Virus record (IMG/VR): IMGVR_UViG_3300031992_004571
Direction: 5' to 3' (one strand)
From: a virus
Length of the DNA stretch: 64,000 nt
The translations under genes were made by a program, and so were the position numbers. The notes below the pieces were generated by a model. It did no database searches and was not told the origin of the DNA. It saw only the letters and a program-made list of their open reading frames with translations. Shown here piece by piece: positions 47,840-56,639 of this stretch (positions are counted from its first letter, which is position 1; each line of letters begins with the position of its first letter).

Positions 47840-47890
47840 TAACAAGGTAACGGGGAGCCTAACCAACTCCCCATAATATACTCCACAACA

Positions 47891-48196
47891 ATGAAAACTA
47901 TCTATCGAGTAATATTGGCTGTCGATTATAAAGGACATCGCGAACGTGAACAATATTACACAGAAAAAAGAGAGGAAGCGGTAAACCGCTATATCGAAGC
48001 CCAGATAAAAGTGAAACGCTTCGGTGAAGAGAAAGGGCTGAAGGTATATGACATGGTGAATAACAATAACTATATGACTACTTTCGCAGACGGAAACCAA
48101 AAAGGCAAGCCCTATACGGGTGCAATGGCTAAATTTTCTCGTAAAGAATTTGTGAAAGATGACTTCTTGAATTTGGGTAATACACCAATATTCTAA
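47891..48196 (+). CDS. Hypothetical protein (101 aa)
   Basis: ORF with no recognisable motif. Confidence 0.4.
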   Translation: MKTIYRVILAVDYKGHREREQYYTEKREEAVNRYIEAQIKVKRFGEEKGLKVYDMVNNNNYMTTFADGNQKGKPYTGAMAKFSRKEFVKDDFLNLGNTPIF

Positions 48197-48220
48197 CAAT
48201 AACCTAACAGATAGATAAAT

Positions 48221-48433
48221 ATGATAACAACAAAATATATAATGACCGTCCAGATAGGACGTAACGTGACAGATATTATTGCTCTGCCATGTGTGGATAG
48301 TGTGAGAAAATCCTACAAGGGTGTTCTAATCTATCAAGTAAACACTGGCAAGAGCCAACCAGAATATGCAAGGGAAGGTGACCTTATCTGCCAGGATAAT
48401 GATGGTGAATGGCATGTTGAATATAAGCAATAG
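48221..48433 (+). CDS. Hypothetical protein (70 aa)
   Basis: ORF with no recognisable motif. Confidence 0.4.
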   Translation: MITTKYIMTVQIGRNVTDIIALPCVDSVRKSYKGVLIYQVNTGKSQPEYAREGDLICQDNDGEWHVEYKQ

Positions 48434-48440
48434 AATTATG

Positions 48441-49094
48441 GAATATACTAACAGAGGAACAATAATGCACCTCACTCTACATAACTGTACGGTGCAGAAT
48501 AATGGAACCATCATGCACCTTGACGGTGAGGGTAACCATATAAACAACAAAGGGTCTATCATGCACAATGATGGAGGCAGGGTGATAATCATGGGTGCAG
48601 GAACATACCAACAGCAACCGGTGAAAGAAAAGATCGTCTATCAGGACAGAATCGTTTACCGTGACCGCCCTACTCCATCAAAGAAAGATGCACAACGCAT
48701 CAAGAGACTCGAAGAACAGGTTGAAAACCTGAAGGAACAAATCAGAAAATCCACTGAGGCAAGAAATGCTGAACGTCTGGAGAATACAATCAGTTTTTTG
48801 GAAAACGCTAACCGCGAACTGAAAAATAATATTGAAGAACTCAAAGCAGACCTCGAAGCGGCAGATAGAATGAAACTGCTACGGGAAATCGAGGAACTGA
48901 AAGAGAAAGTCCAGAGAGCGAAGAATCGCGAGCGTATCAGCAGGCACCAACAATACGAGAAGGGTTATCAGGCTGGTGTGGTGGATGGAAGTAATAAGAA
49001 AAAAGAAGTGTTTGATTGGGGTGTACACCCCACAAAGGAACAGGCAGAAGCACTTATGAAACAACTCCGAATATGGCTTGATTGTGAGGATTGA
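48441..49094 (+). CDS. Protein with N-terminal G(T/S)IMH(L/N) repeats and a C-terminal coiled-coil
   Basis: Start reassigned to MEYTNRG directly after the upstream stop. Repeats TIMHL x2 and SIMHN. Coiled-coil RIKRLEEQVENLKEQIRK... Confidence 0.45.
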   Translation, partial: EYTNRGTIMHLTLHNCTVQNNGTIMHLDGEGNHINNKGSIMHNDGGRVIIMGAGTYQQQPVKEKIVYQDRIVYRDRPTPSKKDAQRIKRLEEQVENLKEQIRKSTEARNAERLENTISFLENANRELKNNIEELKADLEAADRMKLLREIEELKEKVQRAKNRERISRHQQYEKGYQAGVVDGSNKKKEVFDWGVHPTKEQAEALMKQLRIWLDCED

Positions 49095-49135
49095 CCGATT
49101 AAGAAATAATAAAATATTGAAATATTTATGCTAAT

Positions 49136-49150
49136 ATTACAATATTACAA
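49136..49150. promoter_or_regulatory. Exact ATTACAATATTACAA motif (second copy of the site at 689-703) upstream of a candidate -7 box TATCTTTG
   Basis: Identical 15-mer at two loci. TATCTTTG lies at ~49162-49169. Confidence 0.45.
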
Positions 49151-49195
49151 GAAATATTTGTATCTTTGCAGACGAAAATATGATAATACTGAAAT

Positions 49196-50176
49196 ATGAA
49201 AGATTTCGATTTATATAGTTATGACAGATATATCGTCAGTTTCTCTGGGGGAAAAGACAGTACCGCCCTACTGCTCTTCCTCCTTGATAATGGTGTACCG
49301 GAAGAGAAAATAGAACTCTGGCATCAGGAAATAGACGGACGTGGCCGTAGTCTCTTTGATTGGGAGGTAACACCAGACTATTGCCGAAAGTTGGGTGAAG
49401 CATTTAATATCCCAGTTTACTTTCAATGGAAAGTCGGTGGTTTTGAGCGTGAAATGACTCGCACAGAAAGCCTAACGGCACCAGTCTGTTTTGAACTTCC
49501 TAACGGTTCAATACAACAGACTGGAGGTGACAGGGGTAAACCTTCCACGCGGAATAAGTTCCCACAACCGTCACCAGACCTTCGGGTGCGCTGGTGCAGC
49601 GCATATCTGAAAGTGGATGTATGTGCAACGGCTCTTCGTCATCAAGAGAGATTTCAGAACAGCCGTACTCTGGTATTGTCTGGTGAACGGGGTGAGGAAA
49701 GTAAACAGCGTGCAGGATATGCCATCATTGAACCTGACAGGGCAGATCTGAGGAATGGACGTAACCCCAGATACATTGACCGCTTCCGTCCTATTCGTGA
49801 CTGGAAGGAAAAGCAAATATGGGATATACTGGAGAAATACCGTGTTCGTCCTCATCCATGCTACTTCATGGGGTTCGGACGGTGCTCGTGCAAATTCTGT
49901 GTATTCGGTAACTGTCATCAGTTTGCCTCTGCTGCCTGTGTGAGTCACGACCAGGCCAATGACTTGATAAAGTTTGAGAAAGATTTCGGGTACACGATGA
50001 AACGTGATACAGACCTCGCTTCTCTTATCCGTAAGGGTGTTCCTTATGACTCCATCACGGAAGAATTAAGACAAATTGCCACTTCATACGAATATACTGC
50101 ACCTGTGTTTATCTCTGATAAAGAGACTTGGCAACTTCCTGCAGGAGCCTTCCGTAAATGCGGTGGCCCATCATAA
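49196..50176 (+). CDS. PAPS reductase-family (PP-loop) protein with a C-terminal Cys cluster
   Basis: PP-loop YIVSFSGGKDSTALLL. Cys cluster GFGRCSCKFCVFGNC. Confidence 0.65.
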   Translation: MKDFDLYSYDRYIVSFSGGKDSTALLLFLLDNGVPEEKIELWHQEIDGRGRSLFDWEVTPDYCRKLGEAFNIPVYFQWKVGGFEREMTRTESLTAPVCFELPNGSIQQTGGDRGKPSTRNKFPQPSPDLRVRWCSAYLKVDVCATALRHQERFQNSRTLVLSGERGEESKQRAGYAIIEPDRADLRNGRNPRYIDRFRPIRDWKEKQIWDILEKYRVRPHPCYFMGFGRCSCKFCVFGNCHQFASAACVSHDQANDLIKFEKDFGYTMKRDTDLASLIRKGVPYDSITEELRQIATSYEYTAPVFISDKETWQLPAGAFRKCGGPS

Positions 50177-50196
50177 TAACTTAAACTTTCTATGAT

Positions 50197-50688
50197 ATGG
50201 ATACAATCACAATGCAGACACTTAAACGCCTGGAGGCCACCAAAGGCCAGAAACACCAAACTTCAGCGAAAAAACGCTTGAAGGTGTTCTATGGATGGAG
50301 TAAAATCAATAAGATACAGAAGCGCGAGGCTATTGCCATCGCCTTCGAGAATGAGGAACTGGCGGGTTCCGACTGCCGCCGGTCAAGCAAATCCCTTCAA
50401 AAGGTGATGACTATCTGTTGCGAGAGATGGCAGACGGAAGAGGAAATGAAAGATGCACCCTATCATAATAGGGTATTCACGATGTATAATGTATTTCTCG
50501 ATGATAAGCGTATTGGCGGTAGCCTAAAAAAGGCTCTGGCAGACAACTCAGAGAAAGATAAGAACCATGTAAGTGAAAACGAGAGGAAAAGAATCTCTCA
50601 ATCACTTGAAACTGCCTTTATAGCCGCACATCCCGGCTATCAGGAGCCGACACGGGAATTGGAACTACCGTTTACGCCTGACAAATGA
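50197..50688 (+). CDS. Hypothetical protein (163 aa)
   Basis: ORF with no recognisable motif. Confidence 0.4.
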   Translation: MDTITMQTLKRLEATKGQKHQTSAKKRLKVFYGWSKINKIQKREAIAIAFENEELAGSDCRRSSKSLQKVMTICCERWQTEEEMKDAPYHNRVFTMYNVFLDDKRIGGSLKKALADNSEKDKNHVSENERKRISQSLETAFIAAHPGYQEPTRELELPFTPDK

Positions 50689-50708
50689 CAGACGTAAACG
50701 GCTTTTTT
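50668..50708 (+). terminator. Rho-independent terminator ending array 2
   Basis: ccgtttacg-N16-cgtaaacgg followed by cttttttc. Confidence 0.55.
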
Positions 50709-50774
50709 CAAAATTCCGCGCCGGGCTGCTTCCATAAGGTCGCAGCCCCAGACGACACAAGTATGCGCCGCCTG

Positions 50775-51053
50775 TTACAAGGTTGCCGTACCGGCAGGCT
50801 TTCTTTTCTTTGACAGATTCAGACGTTCCAAAACTTCATCCTTACGGTATTTCCAAATAGCAGACATAAGCCTGCCTTCAGGAGTTTGAAGTTTCTCCAT
50901 TCTTTTGAAATACGCTTCCACCTTTTCAAGGCGATCGTCACGAAAGACATTCTCTGATCTTTGGAACTTAATAGGCCGTCCAATAATACGGCCCTGTTTG
51001 AACTCACACATTGACTGTGCCAGTGTTCTGGCAGAATAACATTTCTTTCTCAT
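50775..51053 (-). CDS. Small basic protein (92 aa from internal Met)
   Basis: MRKKCYSARTLAQ... The N-terminal 17 codons of the track ORF are encoded by a terminator hairpin. Confidence 0.35.
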   Translation of the reverse strand: MRKKCYSARTLAQSMCEFKQGRIIGRPIKFQRSENVFRDDRLEKVEAYFKRMEKLQTPEGRLMSAIWKYRKDEVLERLNLSKKRKPAGTATL

Positions 51054-51082
51054 AATAAAAACCTCCATGATTTTAAATAGGT

Positions 51083-51112
51083 GAAACAAAAAGAAGGGAA
51101 TCAAGCCCCTTC
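51083..51112 (-). terminator. Minus-strand rho-independent terminator
   Basis: On the minus strand: gaaggg-gcttgatt-cccttc followed by tttttgtttc. Confidence 0.5.
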
Positions 51113-51574
51113 TATTTGTATTTTATCCTACTCTCTGCACAAATTGGGCATAGCAACCATACTTTAACATAAATTTAACACTTTTCTAACAAAAAATCAT
51201 ATATCCCTCGCTTCGCAGTGTAATAGGTACACCGCTCATGGCCTCTATTGGTTGAGGGAAAATCCCTGATTACGGGCCTCCGTCGGATGGAACACATCAA
51301 ATTTGCAAAGCGTAGAGTATAACGGTCATCTTTATCGTAAACGCCGTTGGTCTCTGTATGACAAGTATGCAAACATACACATCATACAGTGCTCGCTACT
51401 CCTTCACAAGCTCGGAGGTATCAATCACCGACTAACAATGTTTACGGATGATCATCATACACTCCTTCTTTGCATGATGGTTTCATTACCGATGGTTTCC
51501 CTGATGTAATCCGAGATATTCCACACAACCAGTCCGTGAGCGACTATATACCCAAATTAGAAAAACGTACAAAA

Positions 51575-51860
51575 TGCTTCGCAATACCATTTCTATCCAA
51601 ACTCTTAATCCTATCGCCCAACCAAAAGAGCATGTTTCATCCTGACACAGAACCTTCTCATACTCAGCAGCAGAGCCGCAGGGTAGGATAAGGCACTGTT
51701 TACAGGAACATGGGTGATGACAGTCGGTTTTAATTCCTTTTACTAACAGCGGAGTCACGTCGGCAAGCTCCTGAGAACTCAGCAGTTAGTATTTCCTTAA
51801 AACGGACACTCATCATAATGCCCATGTAGTGAAACATTACTCTTTCCCCACCCTTTTTTA
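51575..51860 (+). repeat. R2 conserved noncoding module, copy 2
   Basis: Colinear with 16265-16550 with a variable middle. Followed at ~52105-52135 by a similar taccaaata...tatatggta hairpin plus T-run. Confidence 0.8.
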
Positions 51861-52272
51861 TCGAATCAACCTGGATCTGATAATAACAACCTTTTTGTTG
51901 ATATAATGATTACCGTCATTAGTCAACTGATGGCGCAAGCGTATCTCACTGATGCCAATGTCATCAGCCGAAAACTTCCGGAAGATGGCAGATACACTAC
52001 CGAAATAATAATTCTTATGCCCATGCAGAAAATGAACATGCACAATTTTGATGCCTTTTGTTTGTTGTTCCATAACAAAATATTTTTGCAAAGATACCAA
52101 ATAACTCTTATATGGTATTATTTTAACCTGCATAAATAAGAATTATTAACCAATACAAACAGTTAAAGACTGACCTATAATCAAATAATTATGTTGTGTG
52201 GTGAGTACCACAAACTTGAACAAAGATGAAATCTCATCTACGTCCTGTGCGTTACGTCTGTTGTCACCGTAA

Positions 52273-52660
52273 AGGTTCATTCCGCTACTTGGTGCCTTTT
52301 TTCCTTGCAAAGGTAGGGAGGCTCGTAGCCATGCCAAGTACCAGTCGCACACTCCCTATTTCAGAAAAATTTTGTAAAGCCAGGGCATTTTCTTTTGGCA
52401 CAAGGCACAAAACAAAATCAAAATTTTATCCGAAATTCCTTGGCGAAGGCTACTCCTTAGCCTCTCTTTTATAATGGCAAGAAAAAGAGGCGATAGCGAA
52501 ACGAAGTCGATGACGACTGACAACAAAAAGACATAACGGCTGACTTGATGAGAGAATCAAGAAAAGAAAAAAGGTTCAGCTCACTCAGCCGATAACTCGT
52601 AAATTAACAACAGTACAAACAAACACCGAAGGCGACGGAATATAAAAAGCCACAAACAGT
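52273..52660 (+). repeat. R1 conserved noncoding module, copy D
   Basis: Core identical to copy B apart from one substitution (ctcttta vs ctcctta) over ~165 bp. 3' extension conserved and ends at the ATG at 52661. Confidence 0.85.
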
Positions 52661-52831
52661 ATGAAGCAAATGACAGAAGCACAGCAGAAACTCGTCCGGG
52701 AACTGGGTCTGGTAGGTCTCTTCCTTCAATGGATGGAGAACCATAAGAAGATATCAGACTTTATTCTCTGGTTGGAAATTATCGCCCTGATATGGGCAGT
52801 ATTCACTTATAACTTCACAACTAATATTTGA
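52661..52831 (+). CDS. Small TM protein (56 aa), not in track
   Basis: MKQMTEAQQKLVRELGLVGLFLQWMENHKKISDFILWLEIIALIWAVFTYNFTTNI. Confidence 0.35.
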   Translation: MKQMTEAQQKLVRELGLVGLFLQWMENHKKISDFILWLEIIALIWAVFTYNFTTNI

Positions 52832-52835
52832 GATT

Positions 52836-53105
52836 ATGATTATCACAAGACCAAACTTCAAGCAGGCGTATCTCGTGTTTGCCGCTAACGGTACAATACG
52901 ACTGAATAAGAAAACCATCGGAATCTGGAAGCGGACAAGCCCCAAATGGGGCATCCGCAAGCTACCGAAAATGGTGTTCACGGCTAATGTTCATTATAAC
53001 AGAAACAGTATGGTACAGCTCTCTAACGAGAGTAAACTTCAATTGATGATGGCAGTAGGAAGAAATATCCCGAATACGATGCTGACACCTATCGCTCAGT
53101 CGTGA
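52836..53105 (+). CDS. Hypothetical protein (89 aa)
   Basis: ORF with no recognisable motif. Confidence 0.4.
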   Translation: MIITRPNFKQAYLVFAANGTIRLNKKTIGIWKRTSPKWGIRKLPKMVFTANVHYNRNSMVQLSNESKLQLMMAVGRNIPNTMLTPIAQS

Positions 53106-53196
53106 AAATGTTAATATAAGACTTTTAATTTATTTCTCATCAGTGTGTAGCTGAAAATACTTAATTTCGCACAGTAATTATTTAAATAATACGATT

Positions 53197-53631
53197 ATGA
53201 ACAGTCATTTTATTGGACGCATCGGTAAGGATGGTGCAAAGGTTATCGAAGGTAAGAATGGTAAGTTCCTCTCTATGGATGTAGCAACGGACTACTATAG
53301 CAGAGGTGAGAACAGAACACTATGGATCCGTGTACGTAGTAACATCCCTCGATACGTCGAGAAACTGGCCCCCCATTTGACTAAGGGTAGTTTGATAACA
53401 GTAGAGGGTCAGCAGCTTGAACCCAGTACCTGGATAGGTAAGGATGGTGAAGCACATGCCCAGATTGTTATCGTGGCTAACTTCATTGACTTCGTGAGAA
53501 CCGGCAAGAAGAAGGATGATACCAACAGTAACCAGACTGCAGCACAGGGACAGCCTGTAACGGTGGAAGCACAGCAACAGGATGCTCCTTTCCCCGCTCC
53601 TGCAGATAATACGGACGATTTACCCTTCTGA
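53197..53631 (+). CDS. ssb: Single-stranded DNA-binding protein (SSB)
   Basis: OB-fold N-terminus, a Q/P-rich linker and a C-terminal acidic tip DDLPF. Confidence 0.8.
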   Translation: MNSHFIGRIGKDGAKVIEGKNGKFLSMDVATDYYSRGENRTLWIRVRSNIPRYVEKLAPHLTKGSLITVEGQQLEPSTWIGKDGEAHAQIVIVANFIDFVRTGKKKDDTNSNQTAAQGQPVTVEAQQQDAPFPAPADNTDDLPF

Positions 53632-53635
53632 TTAT

Positions 53636-53808
53636 GGCACGAAATCATAACGAACAGGTCAATTACCTGATGAAGGTAAGACGTGGAAAACACGGTGGTA
53701 TGAGTGACAAGGATTACCGTACGGAATTGGAAAGGCTCTTCTCTCTCGGTGTTGATGAGGGTATGAATTATGACAATGCTTTACCAACAGATTCAGTCAG
53801 ATCATGAA
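53636..53808 (+). CDS. Small ORF (57 aa), not in track
   Basis: MARNHNEQVNYLMKVRRGKHGG... fills the gap. Confidence 0.25.
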
Positions 53809-54226
53809 TATCAAAGAACTTAGAATAGGCAACCTCATTATTTACGAGGCTTGTACCTTTGAACTGAAGGCTATTTCTATAAAACAACAGCCAGGATGGG
53901 ACGGTGGTCCACATATACTACTCGTAAAATCTTGTAATCATCCTGAATGGGAGCCTGAAATGTGTGGTATCAACGAAGTTCAAGGCATCGATATAACAAC
54001 GGACTTCCTGAAGAAAAATGGCTTCGAAATGCTTAACAAGGCTATGCCGGAACTTTGGATAAAACCTCTTGGCGGGTACAGATATATCAGATACCATTCT
54101 GGAGTCAGATATATGGACTTCGAGGACATTCATAGTTTTCAGCGGGTACCCTGGGCCATAAGATATGTTCACCAGATGCAGAACGCATGTATAGACTATG
54201 GCATAGACATTACTTTTAAGGCATAA
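53804..54226 (+). CDS. Hypothetical protein (140 aa), paralog of 61059-61406
   Basis: Shared motifs ...IGN(L/W)... and C-terminal IR(Y/F)VHQ(M/L)Q(N/D)A. Confidence 0.45.
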   Translation: MNIKELRIGNLIIYEACTFELKAISIKQQPGWDGGPHILLVKSCNHPEWEPEMCGINEVQGIDITTDFLKKNGFEMLNKAMPELWIKPLGGYRYIRYHSGVRYMDFEDIHSFQRVPWAIRYVHQMQNACIDYGIDITFKA

Positions 54227-54242
54227 TATCTATATACAACAG

Positions 54243-54280
54243 TCCCTGTCTCTTCCGAGGCAGGGATTATTGTTATTTGT
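54243..54280. terminator. Bidirectional terminator-like hairpin between convergent genes
   Basis: tccctg-tctcttccgagg-caggga followed by ttattgttatttg. Confidence 0.45.
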
Positions 54281-54461
54281 AGGGATATAAGTCCCATTCC
54301 TGTAATGCCTCGTCCGGGGTATCGCCCTGTTCCAGGGACATAAGAACCTCGGACTCCAGATGATACTTCTTGGCTATCTCCAACGCTTCATCCTTCGTAA
54401 AGCGTGACGGTGGCTGATGGTGGCGATACCACCACCGCCAGAACTTCGTGATAATCCTCAT
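54273..54461 (-). CDS. Hypothetical small protein (62 aa)
   Basis: ORF downstream of the ParA partner. Confidence 0.3.
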   Translation of the reverse strand: MRIITKFWRWWYRHHQPPSRFTKDEALEIAKKYHLESEVLMSLEQGDTPDEALQEWDLYPYK

Positions 54462-54466
54462 GACGG

Positions 54467-54835
54467 TCAGAGACTGGAGAGTTTATCGGTATCTCCTTTC
54501 TTCCCTTTTTTACGGGCAACACGGATGGTTCCGTTCTTTGCCTCGTATGCGCTGATGATACGTCTCAGACCTTCTTCATAGACTTCACGGATGTTCAGAT
54601 CTTCACGCTCGGCTATCTTGCGGGCCTTGTATGCCAACTCATAGTTAATGATAGTGCATACTCGCTCATTCTCTTCTGCATATTTTTTCTGCTTAGGAGA
54701 GACAGGTGCCGTTCCTGATACAGCAGGAGAGGTGTCCTGTTGACCTGATGGTGACTCTGATGCGGTGGTTGCAGGGTTTGTTAAACCTCCAAACAACTGG
54801 TCCATAGCAGCGTCTTTTTGTTCTTTCTTTGTCAT
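54467..54835 (-). CDS. Partition/RHH-type partner of ParA (ParG- or TraB-like)
   Basis: Disordered S/T/P/Q N-terminus then a helical C-terminus (INYELAYKARKIAEREDLNIREVYEEGLRRII). Immediately downstream of parA. Confidence 0.4.
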   Translation of the reverse strand: MTKKEQKDAAMDQLFGGLTNPATTASESPSGQQDTSPAVSGTAPVSPKQKKYAEENERVCTIINYELAYKARKIAEREDLNIREVYEEGLRRIISAYEAKNGTIRVARKKGKKGDTDKLSSL

Positions 54836-54925
54836 GTCTTTATGCCTTTATGTTATTATTACCATATAATTGTGCGCAAAGTTATAAATATTTTCTGACA
54901 TACGGAAATATTTATTGCAATATTT

Positions 54926-55681
54926 CTATATTCTTAAACGCGTAAGCAATTCCTCGGTGAATGTACGGTAGTCCTGGGAGCCGTTACATTTGGGATCAAA
55001 CTCCACAATGTTCTTGCTCTCCAAGGGTGCTTCTGCAATGGTGATATTCTTGCGGATCTTGACATCGAACACTAAATTACCCAACTGGTTACGCAGACGG
55101 CTTTCTATCTCCTTGGTTAACTTGGTAGCCTCCCATCTGGTAAGAAGAATACCGGAGATATGCGCTTCCCTGTTGAGCCGGTGCTGCACCTGTTTGATGA
55201 AATCGTTAATCATAGTCAGGCCCTTGAAGGGAAGTACCTCTGCAACCAAAGGAATAATGATTTCGTTGGATGCCGTGAAGGCATTAAGGGTAAGAAGCCC
55301 TAATGAGGGTGGACAGTCGATAAGAATGAAGTCATAGCCTGGCTTCACCTTCTCTAAGAGTTCTGCAAGAATCCGCTCACGGGAAATGGCGGCTGTAAGT
55401 TCCATCTCTGCCATGGCAAGTTGAAGAGAAGCTGGTACGATACTGAGATTGTCGGTGACAGGGATAATAGGCAACTCTGACGCCTTCCCCGTCAGGGCAT
55501 AGTAGATACTGTTTTCTGGCTCTTCCTTTAGAAGACTGACAGTAAGATTGGCTTGTGCATCAAGGTCTATCACAAGAACCTTGTAACCTTTGGATGCTAA
55601 AATGCTTCCTACATTGGTTGTTGTTGTGGTCTTGGCAACGCCACCCTTGTGGTTTCCGAATGAAATAACTTTTGTTTTCAT
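54926..55681 (-). CDS. parA: ParA/Soj-family ATPase (possibly TraA of a CTn tra operon)
   Basis: Deviant Walker A HKGGVAKTTTTTN. Confidence 0.8.
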   Translation of the reverse strand: MKTKVISFGNHKGGVAKTTTTTNVGSILASKGYKVLVIDLDAQANLTVSLLKEEPENSIYYALTGKASELPIIPVTDNLSIVPASLQLAMAEMELTAAISRERILAELLEKVKPGYDFILIDCPPSLGLLTLNAFTASNEIIIPLVAEVLPFKGLTMINDFIKQVQHRLNREAHISGILLTRWEATKLTKEIESRLRNQLGNLVFDVKIRKNITIAEAPLESKNIVEFDPKCNGSQDYRTFTEELLTRLRI

Positions 55682-55711
55682 AATGTAAAAGTTTTATTTG
55701 TTATACATATA

Positions 55712-56134
55712 TTATATATCAATATTGATGAGTGTTATGAATTCATCTTTCCAGTTATCACAGTTACACTCATATCTGACAACTCCCAAACAGACGCTAC
55801 TTCGCCGCTTCTGGACTCTTCGGAGTTTTTCTCCCTCTTCCTCTGTTTCATACTGGGAACAGATAATGAACTTACCGACGGTATCTCCGGCCAGTTCATC
55901 CAACTCTTCCATAATTAACTCTGCCATGTCTGGATGCAGATCGTAAGGATTGCTGTCATAGAACGGCAGACAGTTATCTACAACGATAATGTTGTAGTTT
56001 CCTGAATAGCCCTTCTTGACTCCTTCAGCATAGGAGGTGGCGGTATCAATCTCTGTCTGGGGCAGATTCTCCTGCAGGCATTTTACAATGTCCTTGCATT
56101 TGAAGGCATCATCTTCAATAATAAGTATCTTCAT
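55712..56134 (-). CDS. Stand-alone response-regulator receiver (REC) domain protein
   Basis: MKILIIEDD..., a phospho-Asp context IIVVDNCLP and a conserved Lys region. No output domain. Confidence 0.5.
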   Translation of the reverse strand: MKILIIEDDAFKCKDIVKCLQENLPQTEIDTATSYAEGVKKGYSGNYNIIVVDNCLPFYDSNPYDLHPDMAELIMEELDELAGDTVGKFIICSQYETEEEGEKLRRVQKRRSSVCLGVVRYECNCDNWKDEFITLINIDI

Positions 56135-56144
56135 TGTATATTGT

Positions 56145-56432
56145 TTATTGTACTTCTATGAAACATTCTCTGAATATATCCTCTGGCATGATATGCTTGC
56201 CTCCTGCATATCTGACATACATTCCGAAGTTATCACGATCAGCCGTATATTCGCAACCGACCTTGATAGCGGGATTCTTTAGTTCTTTGATACATTTCAC
56301 TCTCATGTCTTTTCTTTTTTGGTGTATAAGGGGGGAGTCAATGGTCTTGTTCGCCATGCGGGTTGCTGTTTTGGTGCTGGCCGCTTCGGGGTATGCCCCG
56401 ATCCCCTCTTTTTTATTATTTTTATATTGCAA
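56145..56432 (-). CDS. Hypothetical small protein (95 aa, or ~70 from an internal Met)
   Basis: ORF with no recognisable motif. Confidence 0.3.
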   Translation of the reverse strand: MQYKNNKKEGIGAYPEAASTKTATRMANKTIDSPLIHQKRKDMRVKCIKELKNPAIKVGCEYTADRDNFGMYVRYAGGKHIMPEDIFRECFIEVQ

Positions 56433-56639
56433 AACATAAATATTACAATGTTTTCGGGTGCAAATATATAAATATTTCTTGAAATATAAAAATATTTATT
56501 GCAAAAATTTGGTAGTTTCATTTATTTTTTGTAATTTTGCCCTCAGAATAAGGAATTTGCGCGTGTATTTTGCCATTTAATGAAAAATTTAGTGCATCTG
56601 AAAGCGAATAAAAAGTATAGGGATTTCCCTCCAGAAACA

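Noticed and set aside
13550-52474. Track ORFs lying inside R1 copies (13550-13732, 16767-16991, 52226-52474) that would encode ...LAKVGRLVAMPSTSRTLPISEKF...
   Set aside because: Copies A and C carry 1-bp indels that break the frame while nucleotide identity stays very high. The conservation is at DNA/RNA level, so these are not called as CDS.
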